44,494 bases of DNA, taken from positions 21,621,509 to 21,666,002 of the forward strand of contig NC_057719.1 in assembly GCF_004010195.1 (NCBI RefSeq), in the 5' to 3' direction. Both the position numbers and the translations under genes were made by a program. The stretch is from Chiloscyllium plagiosum (Eukaryota). Shown in pieces: positions 21,031 through 32,460 of this stretch; position 1 is the stretch's first letter; every line of letters starts with the position of its first letter. Under the pieces are notes generated by a model that did no database searches, was not told the origin of the DNA, and saw only the letters and a list, made by a program, of their open reading frames with translations.

Positions 21031-24000
21031 TGATGCCACTTAGTTACTTTGAGATCCACTACGTGCCCCTTTAATTCCTGCTGTGTCATTCACCGCTCAA
21101 TCTCAGTTAAGAGCAGTTTATGCCAAAGAAACAAGACATGTTGAAACAAAGGGTCCTATTCTGAATGAAAAGTGAAGAATGGAATGGTGGAGAGTGATCT
21201 AAAAGAACGTGAGCTCTGGAGTATTTTATACACAGTCAAGTGAAACAAATTACTTATAAATTCCAAGTGCTTGTTGCCTCACCAAACAGTAAGGTACGCT
21301 GATTTCTTCAAATTAAAATATTATATGACTGAACTGGCTGGACTTGGGATGGTAGTTTACAGTACATAATTATGCTTTATTGTTACACAGAAAGGAAATG
21401 TCTCATTCAGACAATTAATGAGTCATGCCGCAATGCTTCTTTTCAGCTTGGAGGCCATGAAGACAGAGTTTTCTATCTGCCAAGATAGCTCTTGGATCTG
21501 TCCCAACCCTGAAATAATTAAGTCAAACTTTATACCCTTTGTGCAGTGGTACTCCCAGTTGGATTGCCAGCATCAAAGAGGTGTCCATGGCTCTGGTGCT
21601 GAGTCAGCACAAGACGTAGGGCAGCTTAGAAGGTGCATTGAGTATTCAATCAAACACAGCCAAATCTGAGGGCTTTTTGCAGAAGATTATTTATGGCTAA
21701 CAGGCTGGGGAAGAGTCCACGTATTCATCTATCTCACAGGGGAGCATTATGGCCTTCACACTACATCCCATGGTGAACTGCCAGACCATAAAGCTGGATA
21801 ACTGAACTATACAGGAGGAAAATCCTCTCAGCCCCTGCACTGGACTCTAATCCTCTGCCACTATTTACTGTATATAGTGCCTTGGGAAGGAATGGGCACT
21901 GGCAGTCAGGACATGGATGGTAAGACTGGAGAAATCTCAGTCAGGGCAGTTTATCTCTCATTCCCCACTGCAAAGAAACATGATCAGTGAGAGCAGTTGC
22001 CCTTTCCTATTTTTTAACACTTCAGCAATTATGACTTGAAAATGCTAGTCATACCAAATTGGTGCACATGGTACAGTCCCAAAGGGAAACAGTTCGACTT
22101 GCATGTTTTGCACACACCAGCTATTCCTTGTCATACACAGGCAATATTTGACAAAAGACAGTCCCTTGGATTTCTTGCACTAAGCTGTCTAAACCTGTAA
22201 ACATTAGTGTAGCACTTTCATAAATATTATGAGCTTGGTTCTGTGGCTGTAAAGTTCCCCTGAGCAAATTTAACTAAAATGTACCTGGTGCACTTCAAAT
22301 AAAGTCATATCAACTTGGATTTGGGAATTGCTCATAGCCCACTGGATCATCACCCTGACTCTGAACACTTTGTTAAGGGAAGACAGTCAGAAGTTTTTTA
22401 TTTCCATTTCTTTTGGCCTTAGATCACCATCTTCTCAGTTGCTGTTATCCACAGTGTTTGTCATTGTATACATTTTGCAGACAATACATAAACAGCAAGT
22501 GAGGACAGGACTGAATGGGAGTAGGCGACAATTGTTTTTATGAAGAGGCAGAAGACACTTTCTCTATTTCTCTAAACACGGCCTTTGATTAAAATTCCCA
22601 GTTAGCGTGAAAGGGAATTCTAAAAGATTTATGAATATAAATACCACCTCAACTCCCCACCTCTGCCAACAGAGTTGCAGGAGATAGATGGTATCACAAA
22701 TGCACAAAGAACTTTGAAAAGTACATTTAGGATGCTGGCAAACAGAGAAAAAGAAGCAGAAATTACAGGGGGAAAGGAATAATATAATGATTGGACTCCG
22801 TGAAGCAACTGAAAGAATTCAGCTGAACCGCAGGTTAAAAGGTTGTAGATTTTCCAAAAGCTGATATTCTTTTATGTTTACCTTCTCTCAGTGTGAAGCA
22901 GTTAGGCAGAGATAACAGTGCCAGTTTAAGCGAGCTTTGTTTATTAGTCCACAGGGTTCTCTACAACGAGAAGGAATATGCCATGTTTCGGTCTTTTCGG
23001 CAGAAGTCGTATGGGGAGGTGTCAGAAAGCTCAAAGAACCTCAGGGATGCACTGTAAAGAGAAACAGTGTCCGTGACAGAAATAAAACACTCAAGGGGAT
23101 TCATTTCTTTTACAACCTCATATTCTGTTTCTCATCTCAAATCCCCAAAGTTATCAGCAGGTTTGTTCATGTAACATTAATCTACAAGATAATAAATTCT
23201 GAATGCACCAGCTCTCAGTGACATAACAAAATGTTATCATCATACATAGATATGCTTTTACTTTGGCAATTTAGCCATGGAAGACAATTAGTGTTCCTAG
23301 ATAAATCCAAATGTTAATTTGTTTTTGAAATACAACTACATGCATCATAAAAACGTCTATTGATGCTTCTATGCTTTGTTTTGGTACATTAGACAGTCCT
23401 TTAACATCAACAGTTAACAACAATCAGAAAAATTAAATAATCTGCTCCAGACAGAGAAAAAATACATGGAATTTGTTAGTGAAAGCTTAAAATCCACTGC
23501 ATTATACTATTTTCCATCTTTAATTCCTTTTCATCAACCTTGAATCAAAAAGAATCATGAAACAAATTCAAAACAAGAGAAAGAACATTGCTGCAAAGCC
23601 TGCTTTTGGGGGACAACAGCATATTAATGTTAATTTACTTCAAATGAATACTTGAAGGCACTCAGTGGAACATTTTATAGCTTTTTTTCTCTCCATGCAT
23701 TGAAGTGTTGCCCCATATAACCATGAAATGATGCAGTGGCTTTCCATCCACAATCAAGTTTATTTAAGAATTGTTCACCCAGGAAACAATTTTTTCTAAT
23801 CCAGATCAATTTCATGTTCCATCTTAGTCTTTTCTATTCTTTTTTAAATAATCATTTCCATTGTTTCAAAAATAAAATGATGGCTGCATCGTGATGTCTG
23901 TCAGAGTGTTCTAACTGGGATCTCTGGCACTGAAGTGGATCAAAAACACTGTAAAAAAACCATAAAACATAGGAGCCAAGTAGGACATTCAGCAGGTACT

Positions 24001-24054
24001 CAGGTTGACCGCACTGAATCTCCGGGCTGCTCGCTTGCTAGAGATCTGTGACAA

Positions 24055-24168
24055 AATTAGAAATTGCTGGTGAAACTCTGATGAATCACCAGACTCAAAA
24101 CGTTAACTTTGCTTTCTTCCCACAGATGCTGCCAGACCTGCCAAATTTCAACAGCGATTTCTGTTTTC
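24055..24168 (+). mobile_element. Short PLE-derived element with degraded HHR and inverted flank
   Basis: CTGATGA(24078)...gactcAAAACGTTAAC, then cacagatgctgccagacctg; agaaattgctggtgaaa is inverted relative to tttcaacagcgatttct. Confidence 0.65.
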
Positions 24169-25489
24169 ATGTTAGATGGTGCTGTGTCTGAGACGCCCAC
24201 ATTCCTAGAATGAATTGAAAAGCAAAACATGTTCAACTGAATCCGCTGACTGTCTGCACACTGTTGGAAGCCACCAAGAATACTGAGTTATGCAAACCTG
24301 GTCATGGACTCATTTCTCAAAGGGATTCTTGAACAGACGTTAGGCTCCTAATTACATATTCAATTAGCAATTCTGCTATTCCTGGCTCAAAAACGTGCTT
24401 TTATTTGCAAATTCAAAAAGTCAAATTTACATGTCTCTGGGCTACTGAATAATCCCATGAGGCAAGCCATCTGATCATCTATAAACCTTTTGAAAAGGAA
24501 TCCTTTAACAGTAATTTATATATGAATTTATATAATGCACTACCCAGTGTTGGATTGGTAAGCTTTGTGTTCTTTATTCAGGTGTCAAACAAGCAGAGGA
24601 CATACCAATCTGTGCCTCTCAAACTACAATCACTCCTTGTCTAAGTGCAGCTTTTATTCATATTTCAGGAACTCTTTGCAAAATCATTTCTCTGATAAAA
24701 GGAAAGAATTTGATCCAAATCCGTGACTGTGGAACAATTGCGAGATTGCAATAGACATTCATCTGGCCATTACATTTTACTGAATTTTAGTTTAATGCAT
24801 CAAGAATGGATGGAAGCAAACAGGGGAGAAAAAAAAATCAATTTTGGTTTCAACTTGAATTTAGCTGCTCCAAATGCAAGATGCTGACAGGTAAATCTAA
24901 AATATCACAGCCGACAAATATCTATTAGTGACTGAAAATTGTTTCCCAGTTTTTTGGCTTTTCAAGTGAAACCCTGTGTGTGCAAGAATATGTTGGAAAA
25001 ATGGTTCAGGAAATGTGAGCAAATGGGCATTCTTAGGGGAAACATGTCTTGCATGCAATTCTAAAAATTATAAATTTTAAACTCCAAACTAGTTTGGCAG
25101 TGGAAGGAAAACATAAGAGACGACAGCTAGTGAACAGCTTGGAAGGGAAAGCGAAGAGTAAAAAGGTCGATCATCCGTACAGATGGCATGGGGGCCTCAA
25201 AAGAAGGGGCCAGGAGCCAGACATTAAGGTGTGAAACCTTTGTAAACTGCTGCTTGGGATACTTAATTTTAACAGGGCAATGTATTGGACAGAGCTAAAG
25301 CCACAATGCCAGAATGCATGGACTTAATTTCAATGTTATAATTAGCTTTAAAAAGGTAGAATTGGTATTAGTCAGAGACATTTTCAGAGTTCTGGAGCAT
25401 AATAATCTAAAAAAGAGAAATAGGCCTAAGTAAATCCTTCAGATTTGGTAAAAGAACAAGAAAAGATCAGTCAATATTATTCAAACAAT

Positions 25490-25830
25490 CAAAGAATGTT
25501 TGCAGCACAGAAGGAGAGCATTCATCCCATATGTCTATGCTGGCTGTTTCCAACATTGTCGCGCTCTCCTACTTCCTTCCTGTAGCCCTGCACTCTTTCT
25601 TTTCTGTTCAGATAATTATACAATTTCCTTTGAAAGCGGTGATTGAATCTGCCTCAGCAAATTCTCTGGTAGTGCTTTCCAGAACCTAACCATTCTCTGC
25701 ATATGTATTAAAAAAAGTTCTTTGTGTTATCCTTTTCTTTGTTCATTTGCCATTCTCCTGAAATCAGGTTCCTTTTATTCTTAACTCTTCTATGAATGGA
25801 AAAAATTTCTGTTTACCTCTGTCCATCTTT
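25490..25830 (-). mobile_element. Old CR1 3' region
   Basis: cagcacagaaggag..cattc..cccat...tagccctgca...ttccagaacctaacca, a typical antisense CR1 end. Confidence 0.6.
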
Positions 25831-26002
25831 GCTCTTGATCTCGGTTACAAGGGGCCGTGAATTTCCATCAGCCAAGTCCACACTTATGGGATAAGTGCTA
25901 GTGGTTAGTCATTGCCTTCTGCAAGGTGGCTGACCAGGAAACTCTTCCATTCTTAATGCCTGCCAATAGATACTTTGGATGGATCTACAGGTTAATAATC
26001 AA

Positions 26003-27392
26003 AGTCGATAAAGTGTGGCACTGAAAAATCCACAGCAGGTCAGGCAGAATCTGAGGAGCAAGACAGTTGACTTTTCAGGCTTGACCCTTTATCAGGACTG
26101 GGGAGGGGGAAGGGAGCTGAGAAATAAATAGGGGGAGGGGGAGTGGGGCTGGAGGAAAGGTGATTGGGATGGCGATAAGTGGACAAAGGTGATTGTGATA
26201 TGTTGATGGGAAGTGTGGAGTGGCTAGGTGAGAAAGAGGATGGACAGGTAGGTCAGGTCAAGATGGCGGAACTGGGATGGATTGGATTTGGGATGGGGTG
26301 GGGGTAAGGAAGATTTGGAAACTGATTAAGTCAATGTTGAGGCTGTTTGGTTGTAGAGTCCCAAGGCGGAAGATGAGGTGTTCCTTTGCCAGTTTGCAGG
26401 TGGCCTTGTATAGGGAGTAGGGGAGGCACAGAGTGGACACATCATGGGGAGAGCGGGAGGGGAATTTGGAATGTATGGCTGCAGGGTGGTGGGATTAGTT
26501 GGTGCGTACAGACCAGAGATGTTCCCTGAACCATTCTGTGAGTTTGTGAAAGAGACCACATCGAGAGCAATGGATGCAGCAAATCGGGTTCGAGGATATG
26601 CAAGTAAATCTTTGCAGGATGTGGAATGATACTTTGGGGCCTTGGACGGAAGGGAGGGGGGAGGTGTGGGTGCAGGTTTTGCACCTCTCACAGAGGCAGG
26701 GAAGGTGCCAGGTGTGGAGAGGGTGTTGGTGGGGACTGTGGGCCTAATGAGGGAATCACAGAGTGAATGGTCCCTATGGAATGCAGATAGGGGCAGAGAG
26801 GGAAATATATGTTTGGTAGTGGGATCTGACTATAGGTGGTGAAAATGGGGAGGAATGATCTACTGAATGTGGAGATTAGTGGGGTGGAATGTGAGGACCA
26901 GGGGGCTTCTATCCTTGTTGTGGTTGCCAGGGTGGGGGGGGAGGGTTTGAGGGTGGAGGTGTGGGAGATTAAGGAGATGCAATTGAGAGCATCATTGATA
27001 ACAGGGCAAGGAAAATTATGGTCCTCGAAGGAGAAGGACATCTGGGATGTCCTGGAGCGGAACTGGCTCATTCTGGGAGCAGATACAGCAGAGGTGGAGA
27101 AATTGGGAGTAGTGGGTTACATTTTTACAGGAGCGGATGTGAGAGGGGACATATTCCAGGTAGGAGTCAGTGGGTTTGAAGTAGATGTCAGTATTAAGTT
27201 GGTCACCAGAGAGGGAGACAGAGAGGTCCAGGAAGGGGAGGGAGGTGTCGGAGATGGTCCAAATGAATTTTGAGGTCAGGGTGGAAGGTGTTAGTGAAGT
27301 TGATGAACTGTTCAAGCTCCTCGTGGGAGCATGAGGCAGCGCTGATATAGTCATCAATGTAGCGGAGGAAGAAGAGGGGGATGATGCCGGTG
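26003..27392 (-). mobile_element. Penelope-like retroelement: RT C-terminal half, GIY-YIG remnant and tail with mutated HHR
   Basis: FLRYIDD, SLPFLDL, TDIYFKPTDS..YL, YSQFL..CICS, EHLIFRLGTLQPNSLNID; HHR-like CAGTC-CTGATAA-AGGG TCAAG CCT-GAAAAGTC-AACTG at 26064-26100 (minus). Confidence 0.92.
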
Positions 27393-27419
27393 TAACTATG
27401 TGGCTGTGTTACAACTGCA

Positions 27420-27725
27420 CCTTCCAACAAACACCGACATGCAATTCAACCTTGGAACGTTTGGCTTAGAGGTAGGGACAATACCACTGCATCACAATAC
27501 CTCCTTTTTCCTATTTACGTTTCCATGCCCCACACAGTTTCAAACACACTTCTCAAACTTCCTCCCAAACATCTCTGTGCTCAAAACAGCCCCAGCTTCT
27601 CCAACACACTCATTTAATTGCAATATCATAATCCAGGACCCATTGTCATAAACCTTTCTGATATCCTTAATAATGACTTCACATTCTTCCTGAAATGTGG
27701 TGTTCTGAAGTGGGCACAGTGAACA
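27420..27725 (-). repeat. Degraded SINE/CR1 fragments
   Basis: ttcacattcttcctgaaatgtggtgttctgaagtgggcacagt resembles the antisense of CR1 YCxQFWxPxxRKDV. Confidence 0.35.
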
Positions 27726-28421
27726 GAATTTCATTGCACCCGAATGGTGAAACTAAGAATGGCTGCCATTTCTGCTTGCCAACACACACGGAATTAGAAT
27801 TAAACTTTGAAGGGGTGATGTGTGGGCACAGGAAACATATACAGTTACATGGTGGTGGTGGATATTCACAGGTGGATCTTCAGTCTCCTGGATGAACAGG
27901 TAGGCTCTGCACTGATGCAACACCTTTCCTATCCACCTCCAATCTATCTGTAGTCCGTTAAATATCTCGTTGTGCCATCTCATCACGATAACCTCCCTCA
28001 AGCTAATGTCCCCATTATTGCCCCCATTACTTTTTATTCATTGTGTACTATCTCCCACCTACCTGCCATCACATCAGCAACAACAGCACCGCAGTTTAGC
28101 TATTCCTACCTGAAAGTTTTCTCCAGGCCATATTGCAACAGTAGGAATTGCTGTGAATTAAGTGTCTCTCAAGCTGACTGTTCAGCATCAGACCTAGGCC
28201 ACAAAGACATCTGGCTAACCAGTGTTGGCATTTTTCTCTTTCTGTTACCACCAACATGAATGGTGGCTATTGGAACAGGGACTTGGCCAGCAGTCACTGC
28301 TGGATGGCTGCATCAGTTAATGAGGGTGACATTGGATTGTCGGTGCGGGGTTTGCAGGAAGAGTTCAAGGGCTGTTCAGAGGAAAGGACAAGAGGTTGAT
28401 GTTTGTTGTGCCTCTTCACTT

Positions 28422-28832
28422 AGAGTCATTTAGTCATAAAGATGTACAGCATGGAAACAGACCCTTCAGTCCGACTGTTCCATGCCAACCAGATATCCTA
28501 ATCTAATCTAGTCCCATTTGCCAGCACTTGGCCCATATCCGTCTAAACCCTTCCTATTCATATAGCCATCTAGGTGCCTTTTAAATGTTGTAATTGTATC
28601 AGCCTCTACCACTTCCACTGGCAGCTCATTCCATACACGCACCACCTTCAGTGTGAAAACATTGCCCCTTAGATCCTTTTTAAATTCTTCCTCTCTCACC
28701 CTGAACCTGTGCCCTCCAGTTCTGGACTTCCCCACCCCAAGGAAAAGACCTCAGCCTCTGACACTCCAGGGAAAACAGCCTCAGCCTGTTCAGCATCTCC
28801 CTTTAGCTCAAACCCTCCAGCCTTGGCAACAT
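28422..28832 (-). mobile_element. CR1 3' fragment with internal deletion
   Basis: ORF 28508..28735 (SRTGGHRFRVR...VVRVWNELP...FKRHLDGYM) plus the 3' UTR. Confidence 0.9.
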
Positions 28833-29749
28833 CTCCTTGCAGGATCTCTTAACTTGGCACAAAATGCTTAAAAGTGAGGGACCCCAAGAAAGTCACAGGA
28901 AAATCTGACACAGTTTGCTGGCTGGTCATTCAGAGCTATTGAAAGGTTGAATGAATCCCATTAAATCTCTAAACCACCATTAATTCCACTGGACTCTGGA
29001 ATAATTGATGTCAATTACCTAATTGCTAAATGTAATTGACATCCTACCATGAGCAGTGAGTTCTTTGTATCAGCCCATTCCAGCCTCTGACTTAATCATG
29101 ACAGGCTTCCCCACCTCCAGGAGACAGGCTTGTAAACTGTCTTGCAATTAGACGTGCTCAGCTCAGATGTTTGTCAGTGGATTAAATTCCACCCAATTCC
29201 TCTATTGTTAAAACCCAGAATTGTGTATACCTTAGGAACAATTTTCTTAACCTTCCCGGTTTTCTGTGCATATAAACCCTGCACTAAATTACAAAGGCAT
29301 ATGTTAGCAGTAGAGGTTTATTTGTGGGAAATGTTTCCTATCTAAAAATAGGCTGGAATAGACAAAATGTAGTGAGAAAGATCAAGTATTTTTGCAATGT
29401 ACCTCAAAAATATCTTCTTAGTCATGATTAGTCACCGTTCTATCAAGAAAGGAAACTTTGCAGGATTGAGTTCTGAATAATGAAACAGAGCAAGGAGGTG
29501 ACCATAAGACAGGAGAACAATTGGAAAACAGTGACCACAATATAAATAAGGTCAGCATCATATTAAAAAGGAGAGAAAAAAAATGAGGATATGGCTGAAA
29601 AAAAAGCAAACAATGTGAAAAACAAAGTGAAAAGTAAAATTGGCAAATAGGCCCATAGATCATGTGGAACACTATTAACACAGAGATAGAAAATATATAA
29701 ATCAGGTATTCTCCAGTGGAGAAAAAAAAAGATTATGCCACATGATTAG

Positions 29750-31035
29750 CTCAAGTTGCAAAAGTCAACCGAGTGTGGCATCAAGGAGCCCGAGCAAAAC
29801 TGGAATCAATGAGTATCAGGGGAAAACTCTCTGCTGGTTGAAATTATACCTGGTACATAAGAACATTGCTAGGTTTTTGGAGGTCAATCATCTCAGATCC
29901 AGGACATTTCTGCAGGAATTCTTTAGGATAATATCCCAGGCCTAACCATCCTCAGCTGCTTCATCAATGACCTTCCCTCCATCATAAGGCCAGAGGTGAT
30001 GATGCTCGCCAATGATTGCACATATAGCTGCACCATTTGTGACATCTCAAATAGTGATGCAGTCCATGATCAAATGCAACAAGATCTGGACAATATCCAG
30101 AAGGGCTTCCGATTCCTGAAGAAGGGCTCATGCCTGAAACATCGATTTCTCCTGCTCCTTGGATGCTGCCTGACCTGCTGCGCTTTTCCAGCAACACATT
30201 TTCAGCTCTGATCTCTAGCATCTGCAGTCCTCACTTTCTCCTGGACAATATCCAGGCTTGGGAAAGTGATGCTTTGGCACTCAAATGCCAGATGATGAAA
30301 ATCTCCAATAAGAGACAATCTAACCACTACCCCTTGACATTCAATGGTGTTACCATCACTGAATTCCCCCACCATCAACCTTGGAGTTACTCAGAAACTC
30401 AACTGGGCTCATCACATAAACACTGTGGCTCCAAGAGCAGGTTAGAAGCTGGGAATCCTGTGGCAAATAACTCACCTCCTGACTTCCCAAAGCATGTCTA
30501 TCATCTATGAGGCATGATTCAGGAGTGTGATGGAAAACTACATCCCCCTTGCCTGGATGAGTGAAGCCCCAACAACACTCAAGAAGCTTGACACCATTCT
30601 GGACTAAGAAACCTGCTTGATTGGCCCTATATCCACAAACATCTACTTCCTCCACTACCTCAGAAAGCTTAGAAGCAGCAATATGCACCATCTACAAGAT
30701 GCATTGTAGAAAATCACCAAAAATCCTCACTCAGCATCTTCCAAACCCACAGCCACTCCTATCTAGCAGGATAAGGGCAGCAGATACATGAGAATACCAT
30801 CGACTGAAAGCTCCACTCAAAGCCATTCATCATCCTAACTTGGAAATATATCTCTATTCCTTAGTGTCACTGGGCAAAAATCCTGGACTTCCCTCTTTGA
30901 TGGCATTATGAGGTTACCTACAGCACAAGGACTGCAGTGGTTCAGAAAGGCAGATTTCCTCCAACTTCTCAAGGGCACCTAGGGATGAGCAATAAATGCT
31001 GATCAACCAGCGATGCCCATGTCGCATGAATTTTT
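29750..31035 (+). mobile_element. Old CR1/L2-group LINE 3' portion (RT to tail)
   Basis: Decayed GI.GKTL.WL..YL, FINDL, M(F/L)A(D/N)DC, MQQDLDNIQAW; tail caataaatgctg...gatgccca...atgaat. Confidence 0.8.
30101..30240 (+). mobile_element. 140-bp HHR-headed PLE-derived mini-element with a perfect 15-bp TSD
   Basis: CTGGACAATATCCAG at 30086-30100 and 30241-30255; core CTGAAGA-AGGGC TCAT GCCT-GAAACATC from 30116; nearly identical to 19113-19239. Confidence 0.88.
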
Positions 31036-31044
31036 TAAAAATGC

Positions 31045-31460
31045 AAACAAGTGTGAGGTAGTAAAAGCAAGAAGACAGAAAATATAAAATAAAGGATAGA
31101 ATACTGAAGGAATGTAAGAACAGAAAGACCTTGGTATGTATGTGCATCGACCACTGAAAGTGGCAGGCGGAGAGAGCAGTTAATATAGTGTGCAATATCC
31201 AAGATTTTATTAATAGGGACAGAGCAAGAAGAGTATACTGAACTTACATAATGCATCATTAGCCCTCATCTGGAGTCTTATGGTTAAGAGGAGTTCTGTT
31301 AGAAGTTTTCAAAATCATGGTGATCTGGATAGAATAGAGATGGGGAAGCTATTCTCACTCTGAAAAGGATAGTGAACAAGAGGGCATGAGATTTAAAGTA
31401 ATTTTAAAAATGTAGCACATGTAATATGAGAAAAACATTTCCACATAATGAGTGGTGTAG
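31045..31460 (+). mobile_element. Very old CR1 3' remnant
   Basis: Decayed KCEV, EQKDLGV.VH..LKVA, EVFKIM, RGH.FK, F...VV equivalents. Confidence 0.55.
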
Positions 31461-32344
31461 AACCTATGCTGGAGCTGCTCTTTTTTTAATGACACATTAA
31501 TGATCTGAAAGCAGGCAGGAATACAATATTGACATTTGCTGGGACTGTAGGTTATGTCGCAAATAATAGCATGATTTGTGATGAATACATGAGGACATAT
31601 CTAGACTAACAAAGAGTTTCTCAAACAGGGGTCCATAATGATCTGGAGATTCACAGAGAACTTTCGGCCGTCCACCATGCAGGGCCAGCCTCACTGATGG
31701 CTAACATGGCCATACCCAATTTGCCTTGGTCAACAGCTATCAAAGCTGGTTGTAAAAATACGTTGCCAACCAATTGGTACTCTCCCTTCATCATAACTGT
31801 TAATCTTCCTTCACTTTGATATTTCTTGCAAACTACCTTGATGAGTGGATGATGGAAAGCTTCTGACATAATGTGCCTTCTTTCAGTAAAACCTCCATTT
31901 TGTTAGTTGCAGCATCCTTCTTAGCTTTGCGTGAAGGCAAAGCCTTAGCAATTATTTGTGGAATCATAGATAAGCAGTTTGTTTTCCACGAGTGGGGTAA
32001 GGAGGCAGGTTCTGAGTCTACCTAAGCCAGAAAAAAGATTGAGCCCTGTGCAGTTGGCATGCATTTAGTCCATATGTAACAGTCACAAAGCCAATTGAAC
32101 CAATGAGCTCCCTTGCGGTTTTACAATTTAGCTTGGGTGCAGGTTGGGATGTCCGTGAGAACTAATCTAATTAAAAAGGGCTGCACCAACCAAAGAGGTT
32201 TTAGGACTGCTGGTCCAGCTGGCTACACACATACAGTGGCGAAAGGAAGTGAAACAATACAAACTGGAAGTAAGAATAGGATTCTAAATGCAGTTTAAGT
32301 GGTAAGAGTTTTAAGCGAATTTGAAAAGAATTTGAAATTAAAAT

Positions 32345-32460
32345 GTATAAGAACGTAAAAACATTAGAAGTAGGAGCAGGAGTAAGCGACCTGACGGTGG
32401 AGCCTGCTCTGCCATTCAATGAGATCATGGCTGATCCTTTCATGGACTCAGCTCTACTTA
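32345..32460 (-). mobile_element. CR1 3' tail fragment
   Basis: agaagtaggagcaggagta...gagcctgctctgccattcaatgagatcatggctgatc. Confidence 0.75.

Noticed and set aside
31053..31075. let-7-like start TGAGGTAGTA
   Set aside because: The rest does not match let-7, no hairpin is evident, and it lies in a decayed CR1 KCEV codon stretch.
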